From positions 1 to 64,000 of IMG/VR virus record IMGVR_UViG_3300006802_000089: a stretch of DNA of 64,000 bases. One strand, given 5' to 3'. The DNA is from a virus. Position numbers and translations under genes: made by a program. The notes under the pieces are model-generated. The model was not told where the DNA came from. It saw only the letters and a program-made list of their open reading frames with translations, and ran no database searches. Below, piece after piece: positions 40,201 through 50,348 of this stretch; the first letter of the stretch is position 1; every line of letters starts with the position of its first letter.

Positions 40201-40709
40201 TGTGCATTTGAATTTTGAAATTGTTCTGCGAAATCTGCCAATTGTTGCAATGCATTAGTATTAGTTGCATCAATCAACCGAAGTTTTAATTCCGTGCGAT
40301 CTGGAGATATATCTTCTATTTTTAAATATTGTTCGTCATAACTACCAATTAAATTCTTGAAGAAGTTTAATGCAATTCGATAATTACCAAGATTAACTCC
40401 TAAAGATTCAAATTGTTGATATATATCAATTGAAACAGGTTGATTCAGTGTAATCTGTGTGCCGGTAGAATCAAAATATGAATTAGTAGGCACATGTTGT
40501 ACTTGATGATTACCAGTTATCCAAGTTTCTCCGGAATATATATGAAGTTCTGTACGATAATCGGTATTTTGCAATGCTACTCCAGAATCTCCGGTATAGC
40601 TATAATAGTTAGTTTCAAATAAATTTAACAGTGTTTGTGGATATCGTTGAGCAGATACCGCACCTTGTGCTGCTAAAATTTGTTCGATATTTTTATATTG
40701 TGATAACAT
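37242..40709 (-). CDS. Large baseplate wedge-like protein with LamG-like segment
   Basis: LPEHI, LL.SKGTKRSI..LL..YG wedge-like motifs; GQVQELRLW LamG-like strand. Confidence 0.6.
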   Translation of the reverse strand: MLSQYKNIEQILAAQGAVSAQRYPQTLLNLFETNYYSYTGDSGVALQNTDYRTELHIYSGETWITGNHQVQHVPTNSYFDSTGTQITLNQPVSIDIYQQFESLGVNLGNYRIALNFFKNLIGSYDEQYLKIEDISPDRTELKLRLIDATNTNALQQLADFAEQFQNSNAQTNVSDSVGFFQTPFPHRTFLLNFSRNKIAHFVNSVVVGEFLYVKLFDPLDDEIEKDFRLWVVEERKQPYIDKISIRPESQVVTFNQLAGPNWDAISDANLSTPTEYRNWTQILGSGLQTSQQIIDAYFSGSLQGVKLNIDYTDFNNFIFYSSATERVENFKYKLELLEFYTSQAAAVSQLSGSVATTNASDFESERTAVISGFDNFEKFLYYESSSVYYSNPYPRPNATVPQVTGSYIAPAPKTNSSKPYTLAAVSSSQFTEWYNSLISYAQDYDSFNENALATALPEHIRFNELNVNGITFVNMLGQHYDILYTYINYMSKIHEREENPKLGMPNELLYSVAKQFGWNLIDGKQGEELWSYLLGTDEAGTPNTGSNSVTGTGTPTQDLTFSTWRRIVNNIPGLLKSKGTKRSIQSLLACYGIPQTLITIKEYGGPRNTRRPVYEKLNFDYALDLINNAAGTVTVNYDETVNSVELRFRTDDVLENPTLPGTMHLYTIDGNDVTIDFQSGTYGSILINGTASAAIEMFDGGWLNTVLRTNGSLLEVVAKRSKYGKIVAETSASATASITDPGTLVIGGTSTGAVRLQGQVQELRLWNTSLQDDPFENHTKAPAAYDGNTDAYDELVFRTPLSQKINHTDTASLSGVEPNLSGISASFAGWSTDTPYDSLEETYYYDGISIAAGTYDDNKIRLTDNELVGSLDVITRATRSTTDDAPIDSKKLGVYFSPQTMIDEDIIAQLGFTVLDDYIGDPGNTEQYSYPRLTQFAVDYWKKYEQSNDINAYISIFTLYDLSFFQQLNQLLPARVDRLTGILVQPNLLERSKDTALPTIERETFTYEAEIDLTDDGTNVSGEYEDLDGVINVINDDSLSGEYEDIDGLIEAIEDALNTNEPYIPPAQSSTPSEYSEDPAGNPADTQDYLPDGMNNSFYDGTQVTSPDINIPSEDTIDGGPPVETTITNPNQVINVTNNQTTGNFSNSGPATSAS

Positions 40710-41710
40710 TAATTTCCTACTTGTCCACCTTGATTTCCTCCACCAGGATTACTAGGAGGTGTTCCGCCGGTTGTCCCTACGGTTGGAGTAGATGAAGTGT
40801 TATTAGAATTAGGCGGAGTTGTTCCTGTTGCAAAAGTATTATTATCGACTTGAATTGATCCTGTAAATCCTCCAAATAATTCGATATTTTGAGTAGCATC
40901 TGTAGTTGACCAAGTAGTAAATTCACGTAATATAACATGATCAGCTACGCCAGCATCATATACTCCAGCTAAAGCTGCAATTTGAAAACTGTCTGTAGAT
41001 TCAAAATTAGAATTTGGAATTGTTACATCAAAATATGTTTCCCTGATTGTTCCTTCGTCTACCGATACAAAATTATTATCGGGACTTATTTCTATAAATT
41101 CTCCATTTACAAATTGTGTAGATCCATTACGTTTTAGTATAAAAAATCGTATTCCACTCGAAGAATTCGAATTTGAACTATTTACATATCGGTGTCTAAT
41201 TCGTCCTTGCATTCTTAAGTCGTTACCACTTTGTTTTATTACATCAGAAATATAATATTGATTAGTAAAAACTTGCGGTAAGCCTTGTTGTACTATATCC
41301 ATTAATATACCAGTTGAAATTTGTTCAGATTCAATTGTATAATTAGCACTCGGAACATATTGTGCTGTTATAGGATCTATAATATCATCCAAATTGAATT
41401 CAATATCTGGTACCGCAATATTTTTTGCAGCAAATTTAAAGTATTTAAAACGAGTATCAATGTTACGTACTACACTACGATTAACATAAAACAATGACAT
41501 TGCTTCTAATACTAAATTCTGATTGTCTTCCGATCCTTGATTTATTATGATGTTGCCATTATCATCGCGTTCTACAAAATCTGCATTATTAGATTGATAT
41601 GTCAATCCGTTATCAACATAAGGTTGTGCTGCCGGCGGATATGGCTGTTGAGTTGGAGCAACATTTCCTCCGGGTGTTATAATAGGTGGTAAATTTGTAG
41701 ATGCTGGCAT
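40709..41710 (-). CDS. Structural protein with Pro/Thr/Gly-rich termini
   Basis: 333 aa within baseplate operon. Confidence 0.5.
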   Translation of the reverse strand: MPASTNLPPIITPGGNVAPTQQPYPPAAQPYVDNGLTYQSNNADFVERDDNGNIIINQGSEDNQNLVLEAMSLFYVNRSVVRNIDTRFKYFKFAAKNIAVPDIEFNLDDIIDPITAQYVPSANYTIESEQISTGILMDIVQQGLPQVFTNQYYISDVIKQSGNDLRMQGRIRHRYVNSSNSNSSSGIRFFILKRNGSTQFVNGEFIEISPDNNFVSVDEGTIRETYFDVTIPNSNFESTDSFQIAALAGVYDAGVADHVILREFTTWSTTDATQNIELFGGFTGSIQVDNNTFATGTTPPNSNNTSSTPTVGTTGGTPPSNPGGGNQGGQVGN

Positions 41711-42864
41711 TATCTAATAACTTTAAAATAATATTCATCGTCAATGCGTTGTTCAGTGAATCCATCTACAATTTTAAATTCTAAACGATAATATCGCTCA
41801 GGCATAAAACTATTCATGTCAATGTAAATGAAGTTACTTGTTTCATCGCAACTAACTTTATTATAAATATTATCAAAAGGAATTATGACTTCATCTGTGT
41901 TAGCATCCAATATAGAGTAATATGTAGTCGTTGGAAAACGTTTTACCGTTTGCAAAGGATATAAATTTGTAGGAGATTTTCTTGGATATCTGTCTCGGCC
42001 GTACAATCTAACTTTTACTATATCCGTATCTCGGTATTCTGCTTTGAGTTTAGTATACATTGAAAATGATTCTAAATCTACTTCTGGCAAAGTGTTATCA
42101 TAAGTAGAATTGTCCCAATACATCACAAGTTTAGGCACATATATAGTATGTGTTTCTCGACTAAAAAATCTGATATATCCTTGTTTGTTGTTATCTGCTT
42201 CATCTGCCTCAGAAAATTTAAGCAAAAATCCGTTGTTTTCTACTTCATTTAAATTAGAGCCAGATATCCACAAACGAACAGCTTCTGTAACATCCATGTT
42301 AATATCTGTTGGACGATATAAAAATGATTCTGATTCATCCAAACCCGGCTGATAAAAATATGAACTATTAAAAGAAGATGTATTAAATATACCAGATCCG
42401 CTCTGATACAACCAACTACCTCCTTCTCCAGATCCAGATATATAAAGACTTGTTCCGGGTATATTGATTTGCTGCGAACTAGATATCCATGCAGATCCAC
42501 TGAGTGGTTGGTCCCACGCAATACCGTTTGTTACTATTGGATTAGAATTTTCAAATCCGGTACCATTAATCCATTCTTGTCCAACTACTAATGCATCAAT
42601 AGTATAATCTGCCGGTAAATTTTTTGCATGTGTTGTAAATAATTGTAAAACAAATTTACACTGATTAATATCTGCACTATACTTTGATAAAGCCGCTGTT
42701 ATTTCAGACATATCAAATTTTACAACAGATCTAGATTTTTCTAATGTTTCTCCATCTGTTGCTAAGCGCTTACCTACTTCTAGTATTTCATCTATACCGG
42801 TATTACGGGTTGGTGATGATTCATATAAAGTAGCATCTGATTCTGCGTAAAATATTCTAAACAT
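41710..42864 (-). CDS. Baseplate-region beta-sandwich protein (DNRLRE-like)
   Basis: DATLYE..P..NTG.DEILEV, RS...FD, DVT..V..W, NNGFLLK, FFSRE...PKL. Confidence 0.55.
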   Translation of the reverse strand: MFRIFYAESDATLYESSPTRNTGIDEILEVGKRLATDGETLEKSRSVVKFDMSEITAALSKYSADINQCKFVLQLFTTHAKNLPADYTIDALVVGQEWINGTGFENSNPIVTNGIAWDQPLSGSAWISSSQQINIPGTSLYISGSGEGGSWLYQSGSGIFNTSSFNSSYFYQPGLDESESFLYRPTDINMDVTEAVRLWISGSNLNEVENNGFLLKFSEADEADNNKQGYIRFFSRETHTIYVPKLVMYWDNSTYDNTLPEVDLESFSMYTKLKAEYRDTDIVKVRLYGRDRYPRKSPTNLYPLQTVKRFPTTTYYSILDANTDEVIIPFDNIYNKVSCDETSNFIYIDMNSFMPERYYRLEFKIVDGFTEQRIDDEYYFKVIR

Positions 42865-42874
42865 GTTTTATCTT

Positions 42875-43330
42875 TTATAAAGAACCAGTTCCTAAACTGA
42901 TTTGTAAACAACTTCCACTACGCCATAATTGTCCGTTAACGCCTGGATCAGTCGTAGGTAAAGACGCAGTATAAAATAATATAGTTCCATTTGCTATGAA
43001 TGTTTCTGATACATCTAATCGATTAATCGAAGCGCTTGTTGCAGTAACGGAAGATCCGCTCATATATGATGCAGAAATTGCATTAGCAACATAGCTAGCA
43101 GTTTGAGCTGTTTCTACGTAACTTGCAGTTTGCGATAATGTAACATAACTTGCAGTGTCAGCAGTACCTGTTAAATTGCCAATTAAACTTCCAGTAATAT
43201 TTAAAGATCCAGAAATACTTATATCTTGCAATGTATTTCCAGTTAATACGTCATATAAATCAGAAACAAAACTTGCTGAAATTAATCCACCATTCACAAT
43301 TTGTGAACGATTATCGTCTAATACGCCCAT
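42875..43330 (-). CDS. Short fibre-like protein with TASYV repeats
   Basis: 9-aa repeats (A.TASYV) x4; LPTTDP...GQLW C-terminus. Confidence 0.6.
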   Translation of the reverse strand: MGVLDDNRSQIVNGGLISASFVSDLYDVLTGNTLQDISISGSLNITGSLIGNLTGTADTASYVTLSQTASYVETAQTASYVANAISASYMSGSSVTATSASINRLDVSETFIANGTILFYTASLPTTDPGVNGQLWRSGSCLQISLGTGSL

Positions 43331-43360
43331 GATATATTCTTTTTAATATAAATATAAGCC

Positions 43361-45244
43361 CTAGTAATTTACTACTCGGCCTTTTATATCTGAATTTGGG
43401 AATTTGATTTCAAAAATACTTGGATCCAATGATGGATATACTATACCGTTACGTGTCGACGCAGTTAAATCATATTGATTTCCAGAATATCCTTGATCAG
43501 AGTCATATTTGTTATCCATGATTACACTAACAACGTTTTGAACTCCTTTTGTTGCTCCGATAAGATTAACAACTTCTGATTTTATAATCGGTTGATTTAT
43601 CTGCCAACGATCTATATTAAAATAATCTTTTAAATTTGCAACACAATCTAATAAAACGGAATTACTATTATAATTAGGCAGTACTGTAATTTCAAAATCC
43701 AAAGCAATATTAATAACAAATGCATCTTTAATATTGATAGCATCCGTTAAAATACGATAATAACCTAAATAAGTTTGTAAGTTTTCTTTTACTGCCTGAT
43801 TCAAGTTCACTAGTTGTTTGTTAGAATTATATCCTAACAGATACAAATTCATTGCAAACGGATTAGGACTATTTTCTTCTATAACTTGCTGTTGAGTTAA
43901 TTGATCATCTGGGACTATGTATGCTTTAGCAACACTTCCGAATTTAGCTGGCATTGAATAACATCTAACAACATAATCTTCTATAGTTACAGATCTATTC
44001 TGTGTTGCAAAATTTGTAACGGCATTAGTTTTAATATCAATGATACTTTCTCGAGACTTAGCTCCAACAGCAGGAGTTGCATTATTTACAGAAAGTGTTC
44101 TTTTTACAAAATTTAAAACTGAAGAAGAAACTCCTGTTGCATTAACATTGTCTACGTATTCAACAAAATCTACTTGCGTTAACGTGTTAGTAGGAACATT
44201 ATCAGTTATTCCATTTCCAATAGTATATGTAACCGTTAACGTGGTGTTAGACGGTGCTTGTCCATATGCTCTCGTATATAAAAAATTAGATGGATCGATA
44301 TCAACATCAATTGGTCTACGGAAGCCGGCTAATCCATTTCCTACATTGTCGGCATTTGGAATAATTTCTTCATCATTATTATCTGATATGCCTGCTCCGA
44401 ATTGTAATTCAGTTTTATTATCACTTCTTAAACGTGTAACATATCGTTTAGCAGTTTTACGAAGTTTTAAGAGTTTAGGAACATTTCCTCGATACTGACT
44501 CAATACCGGATCATTTTCTACAATATTTTCAATTTCTTCAAATATAGTATCTTGTCCTAAATAAGGTACCTGATACCAATTATCTCCATCTGATTCTTCA
44601 ACACTTATAATATCAATAACATTAGTTTCAGGCAAAACTACTTTGTCATATGGTAACGGATCATTAAAAGTATATTCAGATGTTTTTACTTCCCCGGATA
44701 CAGCTTGTACTTGTTTTTTTAATAAATAATATGTTGGTAAATTAGTAGTTTCATCAGATTCATACACAGTAACTTCAGTAGTATTATTTGATCCAGATGC
44801 AGAAAAGTCTATAGTATCTAATGTTCTGAATTGTGCCGAACCATTATTTTGTTTGATACGCATTCCTGGTTTAACATTTAACGCATATGTATAATCAGGA
44901 CGAACATCAGCTCCTGTACCTATAGCCGGGACAAGTTGAAATACATCCAAGGTAACATAAGCAGGAACTGAATTTTTTACGTTATATCCTAATGCTTTTG
45001 ATAATTCATAAACATTTGCACGTTCTGTTGCTTGTTGTATGATAGATTCTTTTAGATTAGTATCCGCATAATATGAAAGAACATCTCCAACATATGCAGC
45101 CATTTCTAAAAATATTGATCCTGGCGATGCATCACTAAAATCGGTATAATCATTAGGAAAATACTGTTTAGTAAAATTTATAAGATTCTGTTTGAATTGA
45201 GCGAAATCTTTTCCTAGGTAAGATATATCTTTTTTTATTTCCAT
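43361..45244 (-). CDS. Baseplate wedge protein (T4 gp6 / J-like)
   Basis: KDF..FK..L...., AYVGDVLSYY.D, A..LGY, FGAG, TQNR.VT.EDY motifs. Confidence 0.88.
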   Translation of the reverse strand: MEIKKDISYLGKDFAQFKQNLINFTKQYFPNDYTDFSDASPGSIFLEMAAYVGDVLSYYADTNLKESIIQQATERANVYELSKALGYNVKNSVPAYVTLDVFQLVPAIGTGADVRPDYTYALNVKPGMRIKQNNGSAQFRTLDTIDFSASGSNNTTEVTVYESDETTNLPTYYLLKKQVQAVSGEVKTSEYTFNDPLPYDKVVLPETNVIDIISVEESDGDNWYQVPYLGQDTIFEEIENIVENDPVLSQYRGNVPKLLKLRKTAKRYVTRLRSDNKTELQFGAGISDNNDEEIIPNADNVGNGLAGFRRPIDVDIDPSNFLYTRAYGQAPSNTTLTVTYTIGNGITDNVPTNTLTQVDFVEYVDNVNATGVSSSVLNFVKRTLSVNNATPAVGAKSRESIIDIKTNAVTNFATQNRSVTIEDYVVRCYSMPAKFGSVAKAYIVPDDQLTQQQVIEENSPNPFAMNLYLLGYNSNKQLVNLNQAVKENLQTYLGYYRILTDAINIKDAFVINIALDFEITVLPNYNSNSVLLDCVANLKDYFNIDRWQINQPIIKSEVVNLIGATKGVQNVVSVIMDNKYDSDQGYSGNQYDLTASTRNGIVYPSLDPSIFEIKFPNSDIKGRVVNY

Positions 45245-45246
45245 GA

Positions 45247-45699
45247 TTATTCTATATTAACTACACCACTTTCATCAGCCGTTACAGTTACCGTGTCTGT
45301 TTTCAAAGATCCGTTAATTCCAAACGTAATTGATATTTTAACGTTATGTGGTAAATTCGGATCATCTTCTGCAGTTACAATATCAAATTGTTGTATTTCG
45401 ATATAAGGTAGCCAAAACGAAATTTCATCTGTTATTAATGTTTCAATTTCTTGTTTTAAATCAGATACATTTGGTTCAAATACTAAATTTAATAATAATG
45501 TACCAAAATTCACATTATGTAGTCGTTCGCCTTTTCTAGTTAATAATAAATTTTTTAAATTATCACGGGCTTGATCAATTGATAAGTAATTCAAATCAAA
45601 TACACCAGGATTATTAAAAATTAATTTAACTCCTAATGCAATTTCTGAAACAACTGAATTTTCAGATTCTTGTTGATTTGATATTATCTGATATGCCAT
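45247..45699 (-). CDS. Baseplate protein (gp25-like)
   Basis: NLKNLLLTRKGER....FG..L..LVFEP...I..WLP. Confidence 0.88.
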   Translation of the reverse strand: MAYQIISNQQESENSVVSEIALGVKLIFNNPGVFDLNYLSIDQARDNLKNLLLTRKGERLHNVNFGTLLLNLVFEPNVSDLKQEIETLITDEISFWLPYIEIQQFDIVTAEDDPNLPHNVKISITFGINGSLKTDTVTVTADESGVVNIE

Positions 45700-46199
45700 T
45701 ATTTACCTTTTTTCTTGTCTATTGCTTTCATCAGCGCTGAATAATCTCTGGTGATAGCTTTTGCAACTGCAGGATCTACTTGCATGTTTTTACCAGTTTC
45801 TGGATCCTGCATAACAGCTGGTGCTGCCATGTTAGATTGCATTCCCATTTTTCTGGCCGCGCCGAAATTCATTGCATCTGCAGAAGTCATTGTGATATCT
45901 TCTGTCATTAATTCTGCATAAGAATTCATTGTTAATGGTGTTTCTTCACGAAGTGAATCGGTATCGTTTAGAATGCTAGAAAATTTATTTTCTTTAAAAT
46001 TTACTTTGCGTTTAGGTTTTGTTGGTTTCGGAATAACCGGATTAGACAGTTGTTTATTACTAATAACATCCGTTTTCATTTCATTGATAGTTGATTGTAA
46101 CCCTTCTTGTAGTATTTCAGACAGTTCTTCTTTAATTACTTTACGAACTTCTTCGGCTACTACTTGTTTTAAAACTGAAATTAATTTTGATTGACTCAT
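45699..46199 (-). CDS. Hypothetical protein
   Basis: VVAEEVRKVIKEEL, ILNDT, TRDYSALMKA; late motif upstream. Confidence 0.6.
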   Translation of the reverse strand: MSQSKLISVLKQVVAEEVRKVIKEELSEILQEGLQSTINEMKTDVISNKQLSNPVIPKPTKPKRKVNFKENKFSSILNDTDSLREETPLTMNSYAELMTEDITMTSADAMNFGAARKMGMQSNMAAPAVMQDPETGKNMQVDPAVAKAITRDYSALMKAIDKKKGK

Positions 46200-46244
46200 A
46201 ATTACTTTTTTTATATATAAATATTAATATGTACGATTTATAGG

Positions 46245-47087
46245 TTAAGTCCAAGAGCCATTAGTTGGCTTAGGTCCGAATAATTGATTTGTTTGGGTAT
46301 CTATGTAAAAGTCACCTGCTGTTCCAATTGTATTTAATGGAGATCCTTGTCCGGTTAAAACATTGGTAGGTAGTTCTACCAAATTGTTAATAACATCAAA
46401 TCCTCCATCTATTAATTCTACTATTTCTTGATACCTAGCATCTAAATCTTCGTCAGACACATTTAGTTCCGTGTAGAATGTGCTTGGAAATTGTTCTAAT
46501 AATTCTTCTGCAGTTGGAGGCGTTACTAATGTTACATCAATAGTATCATTTCCTGATAAATTGTTTAAGAAATCATTAACACGATCTGCAGATTCATTGC
46601 ATAAATTATTTAGGAATTGTTGTGCTTGTGCAGCAGATGTTAAAATTGTAGGAAACAATGCTAATAAACGATCGAATATACTAAGCAATATATTAGCAAC
46701 CGTTAATGAATTTTGAGCTAATTGTGCGTTAGATTCTCCGGCACTTTGAGCGGCTCCATTAGTAGGAGTTACTAGAGTTGCTGCTAATGCAGCGGCTTGT
46801 CCAACTCTTGCTAATATTTTTAAAACATTCACTACCGTAGATAAAACTGCAATTAAATCATTTATCTTTTCCAAAAAATTTAATAACGCTTCCAGTTTAT
46901 TACGTAATTCTCGTACGTCTGCATCGTCGCAAGATACATTGGTAGGGATATTTTCTAACAGATTAGGAATTTGAATTGCTCCTAATTGTTGTAAAGTTCC
47001 GATATACTTGTTAAGTAACGGAAGCAAACGTTCAGCAATTAAAACCGGAGGCGCAGCAATTTGATTGATAGGAAATGGAGATGCCAT
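46245..47087 (-). CDS. Helical baseplate-region protein
   Basis: Long amphipathic helices; C-terminal G.AGDFYIDT..NQLFGPK motif seen in fibre proteins. Confidence 0.5.
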   Translation of the reverse strand: MASPFPINQIAAPPVLIAERLLPLLNKYIGTLQQLGAIQIPNLLENIPTNVSCDDADVRELRNKLEALLNFLEKINDLIAVLSTVVNVLKILARVGQAAALAATLVTPTNGAAQSAGESNAQLAQNSLTVANILLSIFDRLLALFPTILTSAAQAQQFLNNLCNESADRVNDFLNNLSGNDTIDVTLVTPPTAEELLEQFPSTFYTELNVSDEDLDARYQEIVELIDGGFDVINNLVELPTNVLTGQGSPLNTIGTAGDFYIDTQTNQLFGPKPTNGSWT

Positions 47088-47089
47088 AA

Positions 47090-48088
47090 TTATTCAGTTC
47101 GTTTATCTTGTTGAATCTTAGGATTAAGAATGTTATTTAATTTACCAGAAGCTTCTAGTAAACTAATCTGATCTACTGCAGATGTTATAAGTGTGTTATC
47201 TGCAGATTTAAATCCAGATGTTAATACATTTAATATATTATTTAATACATCATGTAATTCTGTAGAATATATTCCATCTTCCTTGTTTATATCAGTACCA
47301 AATACTACTTTGGCTGTGTTTAACTCAATGTTATTAGGTGCATTAATCGTTACACTATCAGTTTTTGCGTTTAAATTGATTCGGTCTGCAACGCCTATAA
47401 ATTGTGATTGATACCCGTTTTCTTGTTTTAATGATTTAGTAACGGTATATCCGGATATTTCTTGCGTGCTAGTTAAATATATTGAAGAATAATCTGAGTT
47501 TGGATTTTCTGTAATAAACTGACTGTTAGTATTGTTTTTAGTATTTGAAATTATTATTATAGGATCTCCGTCAGATCCATTTTTATTTCTCCAACCCGGT
47601 TGTTTCGAAAAAGTTGTATCCTGTGTTTTCAATGTGCTGCCAAATCGAATTCGATTACCCCATCTTCCTTGAATTATTCGATCACCGGGATATGGCTGTA
47701 ATGTTGATATACTTTTTTCTGATATCCGTTTTTGCCAAGCTGTTGATAGTTCTTTGCCTACCGAATTATTTGTTTTATATGTAACTCCTGGTAATAAATT
47801 ATTATTAACAGTTGTTTGTATTGAATATGTAGTTAAAAAATACCAATCATATCTTCTTGTGCTAGTATTAGATTCTTGTCTAAGTCCTTTGAATATTAAA
47901 ACATGTTCTCCGGGTATTGGTATTACTAAATCGTGTATATTTGCTGGACGGACATTTTCATACACTCTAACATTAACATCGGATATAGTTCTAACAGTAA
48001 TTCTCAATTCATCTGATTCATTATTATTAGAATCATTAAAAGCATTACTAGTGTTTAAAACTTCAGCAATTTTTAATTTAGTTATCAT
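47090..48088 (-). CDS. Baseplate hub/spike protein (gp5/gpV-like)
   Basis: N-terminal OB-like P..GE.V, PYPGD.IIQGRWGN.IRF, C-terminal beta-helix-like strands. Confidence 0.55.
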   Translation of the reverse strand: MITKLKIAEVLNTSNAFNDSNNNESDELRITVRTISDVNVRVYENVRPANIHDLVIPIPGEHVLIFKGLRQESNTSTRRYDWYFLTTYSIQTTVNNNLLPGVTYKTNNSVGKELSTAWQKRISEKSISTLQPYPGDRIIQGRWGNRIRFGSTLKTQDTTFSKQPGWRNKNGSDGDPIIIISNTKNNTNSQFITENPNSDYSSIYLTSTQEISGYTVTKSLKQENGYQSQFIGVADRINLNAKTDSVTINAPNNIELNTAKVVFGTDINKEDGIYSTELHDVLNNILNVLTSGFKSADNTLITSAVDQISLLEASGKLNNILNPKIQQDKRTE

Positions 48089-48521
48089 CTGACTTAGATA
48101 CCTTGTTTTTAACTTGATCTACTCGCGATTGCATATTACGCTCTTCGTCATCAATACGTTTTATTTCTTCTATTTCATCTTCTAATTCCGTAACATAGTT
48201 TTGTTCAGCAATAGCTAAAAGTTGTTTCTTTTCTTCATCACTCATTAATCCGTCTGCACCAGAAATAGTTTGTTTGGTAGAAATATAACGCTGCGTAATT
48301 GCCGCTAATTTAATCAGATGATCATCGTTCTTAACAGATATATCCAGATATTCTTTGATAAGTGGAACAATGATAGTAGCATCAGATGCATTCTTGATTA
48401 AAGGTTGCAACTGTGCTATCATTTGGCTGATTTGCCGATCTTTCTTTTTGGAATTATGGTATATGTCGGACATCAAGTCCGAGAAAGAAGTATCCTTGAA
48501 TAGTTTGTCATCTTTATCCAT
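48078..48521 (-). CDS. Helical protein, possible terminase small subunit
   Basis: 147 aa; size and helical pattern reminiscent of gp16; late motif upstream; weak evidence. Confidence 0.3.
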   Translation of the reverse strand: MDKDDKLFKDTSFSDLMSDIYHNSKKKDRQISQMIAQLQPLIKNASDATIIVPLIKEYLDISVKNDDHLIKLAAITQRYISTKQTISGADGLMSDEEKKQLLAIAEQNYVTELEDEIEEIKRIDDEERNMQSRVDQVKNKVSKSDDN

Positions 48522-48542
48522 AACGCTTTTTAATAATAAATA

Positions 48543-49253
48543 TCAAAAAGGCAATTTCATGAACTCTGATTGTTGATACTCTTCGAATTTGTCTTCATAT
48601 AATCGTTTGATGGTTTTCATTACTCTGGTAATGTAGGTGGTTTGTGCTGGTTCTAGTTTAGCACGTTCCCGTATCAATATGTATAAAGACTTTTTGTTGT
48701 ATTCTTCTATATTTTCACGATTTTCAAAAAAGTGTAAAACTGAATCTGCTACATGAATATCTAATGACGAACTAAATATATAATTCAAATTGCGATAACA
48801 ATAATCTACAAATTCGTCCATAAACACTCGCAAATTGTCTTGCATTTCATCATTATCAATTTCAGTCATGACGTTTCGTTGTTCATCTAAATCGAATTCT
48901 TCTGCTTTTTGTTTTATTTTTTTATATGCTTTTGAATTCTCTGCAATCAGATAGTTCCATGATGTTCTGGTGTAATAAGAATAAGCTTTACCAGATTCCG
49001 GATTGAATTTATCTAAACGAGCAGTTAAATACGTAACTAAATCTGTTTGCAAATCAGAAAACGTAGAATCGATATAGTCAGGTTTCATTTTGTTAATTAA
49101 ATTTTCCGCAAGTTTCATGAATGCAGGAAATATGAATCTGCGATATACTCGTTCTTTAAGAACTGGTCTTTCTTCTAGTTGATTGTATGCTACGATTGCT
49201 GCCTGTGTGATGGATGTAAAATAATTATTACTTTTCTTCCTCTTGCGTCCCAT
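48543..49253 (-). CDS. Phage sigma factor (T4 gp55-like late sigma)
   Basis: NYF, KLAENLI, DL..D, KFNPE.GKAYSYYT region-2-like pattern. Confidence 0.75.
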   Translation of the reverse strand: MGRKRKKSNNYFTSITQAAIVAYNQLEERPVLKERVYRRFIFPAFMKLAENLINKMKPDYIDSTFSDLQTDLVTYLTARLDKFNPESGKAYSYYTRTSWNYLIAENSKAYKKIKQKAEEFDLDEQRNVMTEIDNDEMQDNLRVFMDEFVDYCYRNLNYIFSSSLDIHVADSVLHFFENRENIEEYNKKSLYILIRERAKLEPAQTTYITRVMKTIKRLYEDKFEEYQQSEFMKLPF

Positions 49254-49527
49254 TGAATTCTTCGTTTAAATTGTCTATTACTTCTTTTAATAATTGAAAT
49301 GTTGTGCCTGCTTCATCTTCTTTTTCAAATGCACCGAGTCGATCAATTCGCTTCATGTTGCGATGTGCTTCATCAATCATTCTGTACATATATTCAGAAA
49401 GCTGTTCTACTTCATCGGTATAATCTACCTGGTCTGCTAGTAGTCCTGCTAGCACATAAGCTCGATAAGCAAAGTATGCAGCAGCGCCTAATCCTAGCAT
49501 ACAAAGTATTGTTAGTGATATAATCAT
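49228..49527 (-). CDS. Single-pass membrane protein
   Basis: N-terminal TM helix, GAFE..DE.G..F motif. Confidence 0.6.
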   Translation of the reverse strand: MIISLTILCMLGLGAAAYFAYRAYVLAGLLADQVDYTDEVEQLSEYMYRMIDEAHRNMKRIDRLGAFEKEDEAGTTFQLLKEVIDNLNEEFNGTQEEEK

Positions 49528-49529
49528 GA

Positions 49530-50300
49530 TTAATCTTCGTTAAATGAACCGAATATATCTGCGATTGATTTTCCCATATCCGGATTATTTTCTGCTAAAT
49601 TCTTTATAGCATTAGTTTTAGTTTCTTTTGATTTAGGAGCAACTACTTTTGGACTCTGATTGTTTCTCCATCTTTCAAATTCAATTTGTGCTGCCATGTG
49701 GTCTGCATGATGCAATAGCACTGGCAAATTAGTTTTTAATTTAGCCTGAGCACTTCTGGCAACAAAATACGGTTTATTTGCATCGTCATACATTCCGTCG
49801 TGTATTTTTATAGCTTGATATTCCGTCCAAGACATAGGAACATTGTATTTATGCAACAAGAAAATAGAAAGATCTGGAACCATTGTGAAAGGAATGTTTT
49901 CATTGTGTTTGTACATTCGTCCCATGTTTTTTCTGTGCCAATCCGAAGTTTCTACCTGATACACTTCATTGCCATCTCCTGGAAATCCTACTTTGCCTAA
50001 GTCATGATGCATTGCTGCGAAGAGCATTTCCTGCACAGTATATCCAGACATATCCGATCCCATATCTTGCCATGATTCATAAAGTTTTTCTGCACAATCC
50101 ATTACACGAAGCACGTGGTCTACATAACCGCCTGCAAAAGCATTATGATAATGTGCTATACTAGATGCCGGCATCATCATCATTCGATCTTCGAATTCAT
50201 CATACATTCGATTCAATTGTTCCGATCTGGAATCAAACAATGAATTAACACGGTCTCTGTAAATATCCCAATTTAATTTTATTTTTTCTGCTTCTAACAT
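49530..50300 (-). CDS. HD-domain phosphohydrolase
   Basis: PAS...HNAF.GG.VDH, HHDLGK, HDG, HHAD motifs. Confidence 0.88.
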   Translation of the reverse strand: MLEAEKIKLNWDIYRDRVNSLFDSRSEQLNRMYDEFEDRMMMMPASSIAHYHNAFAGGYVDHVLRVMDCAEKLYESWQDMGSDMSGYTVQEMLFAAMHHDLGKVGFPGDGNEVYQVETSDWHRKNMGRMYKHNENIPFTMVPDLSIFLLHKYNVPMSWTEYQAIKIHDGMYDDANKPYFVARSAQAKLKTNLPVLLHHADHMAAQIEFERWRNNQSPKVVAPKSKETKTNAIKNLAENNPDMGKSIADIFGSFNED

Positions 50301-50319
50301 TTATAACTTTTTTTTATAT

Positions 50320-50348
50320 ATTATAAGTAATTATTTGCGTTCTTCCAA
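50320..50348 (-). promoter_or_regulatory. Class II promoter TTGGAA-N17-TATAAT (HD / membrane protein / sigma operon)
   Basis: Direct sequence match. Confidence 0.6.

Noticed and set aside
2812-45244. High frequency of SGS/TGS tripeptides in structural proteins as a modification signal
   Set aside because: Adequately explained as beta-turn/fibre repeat composition; no modifying enzyme in the window and enrichment not quantified
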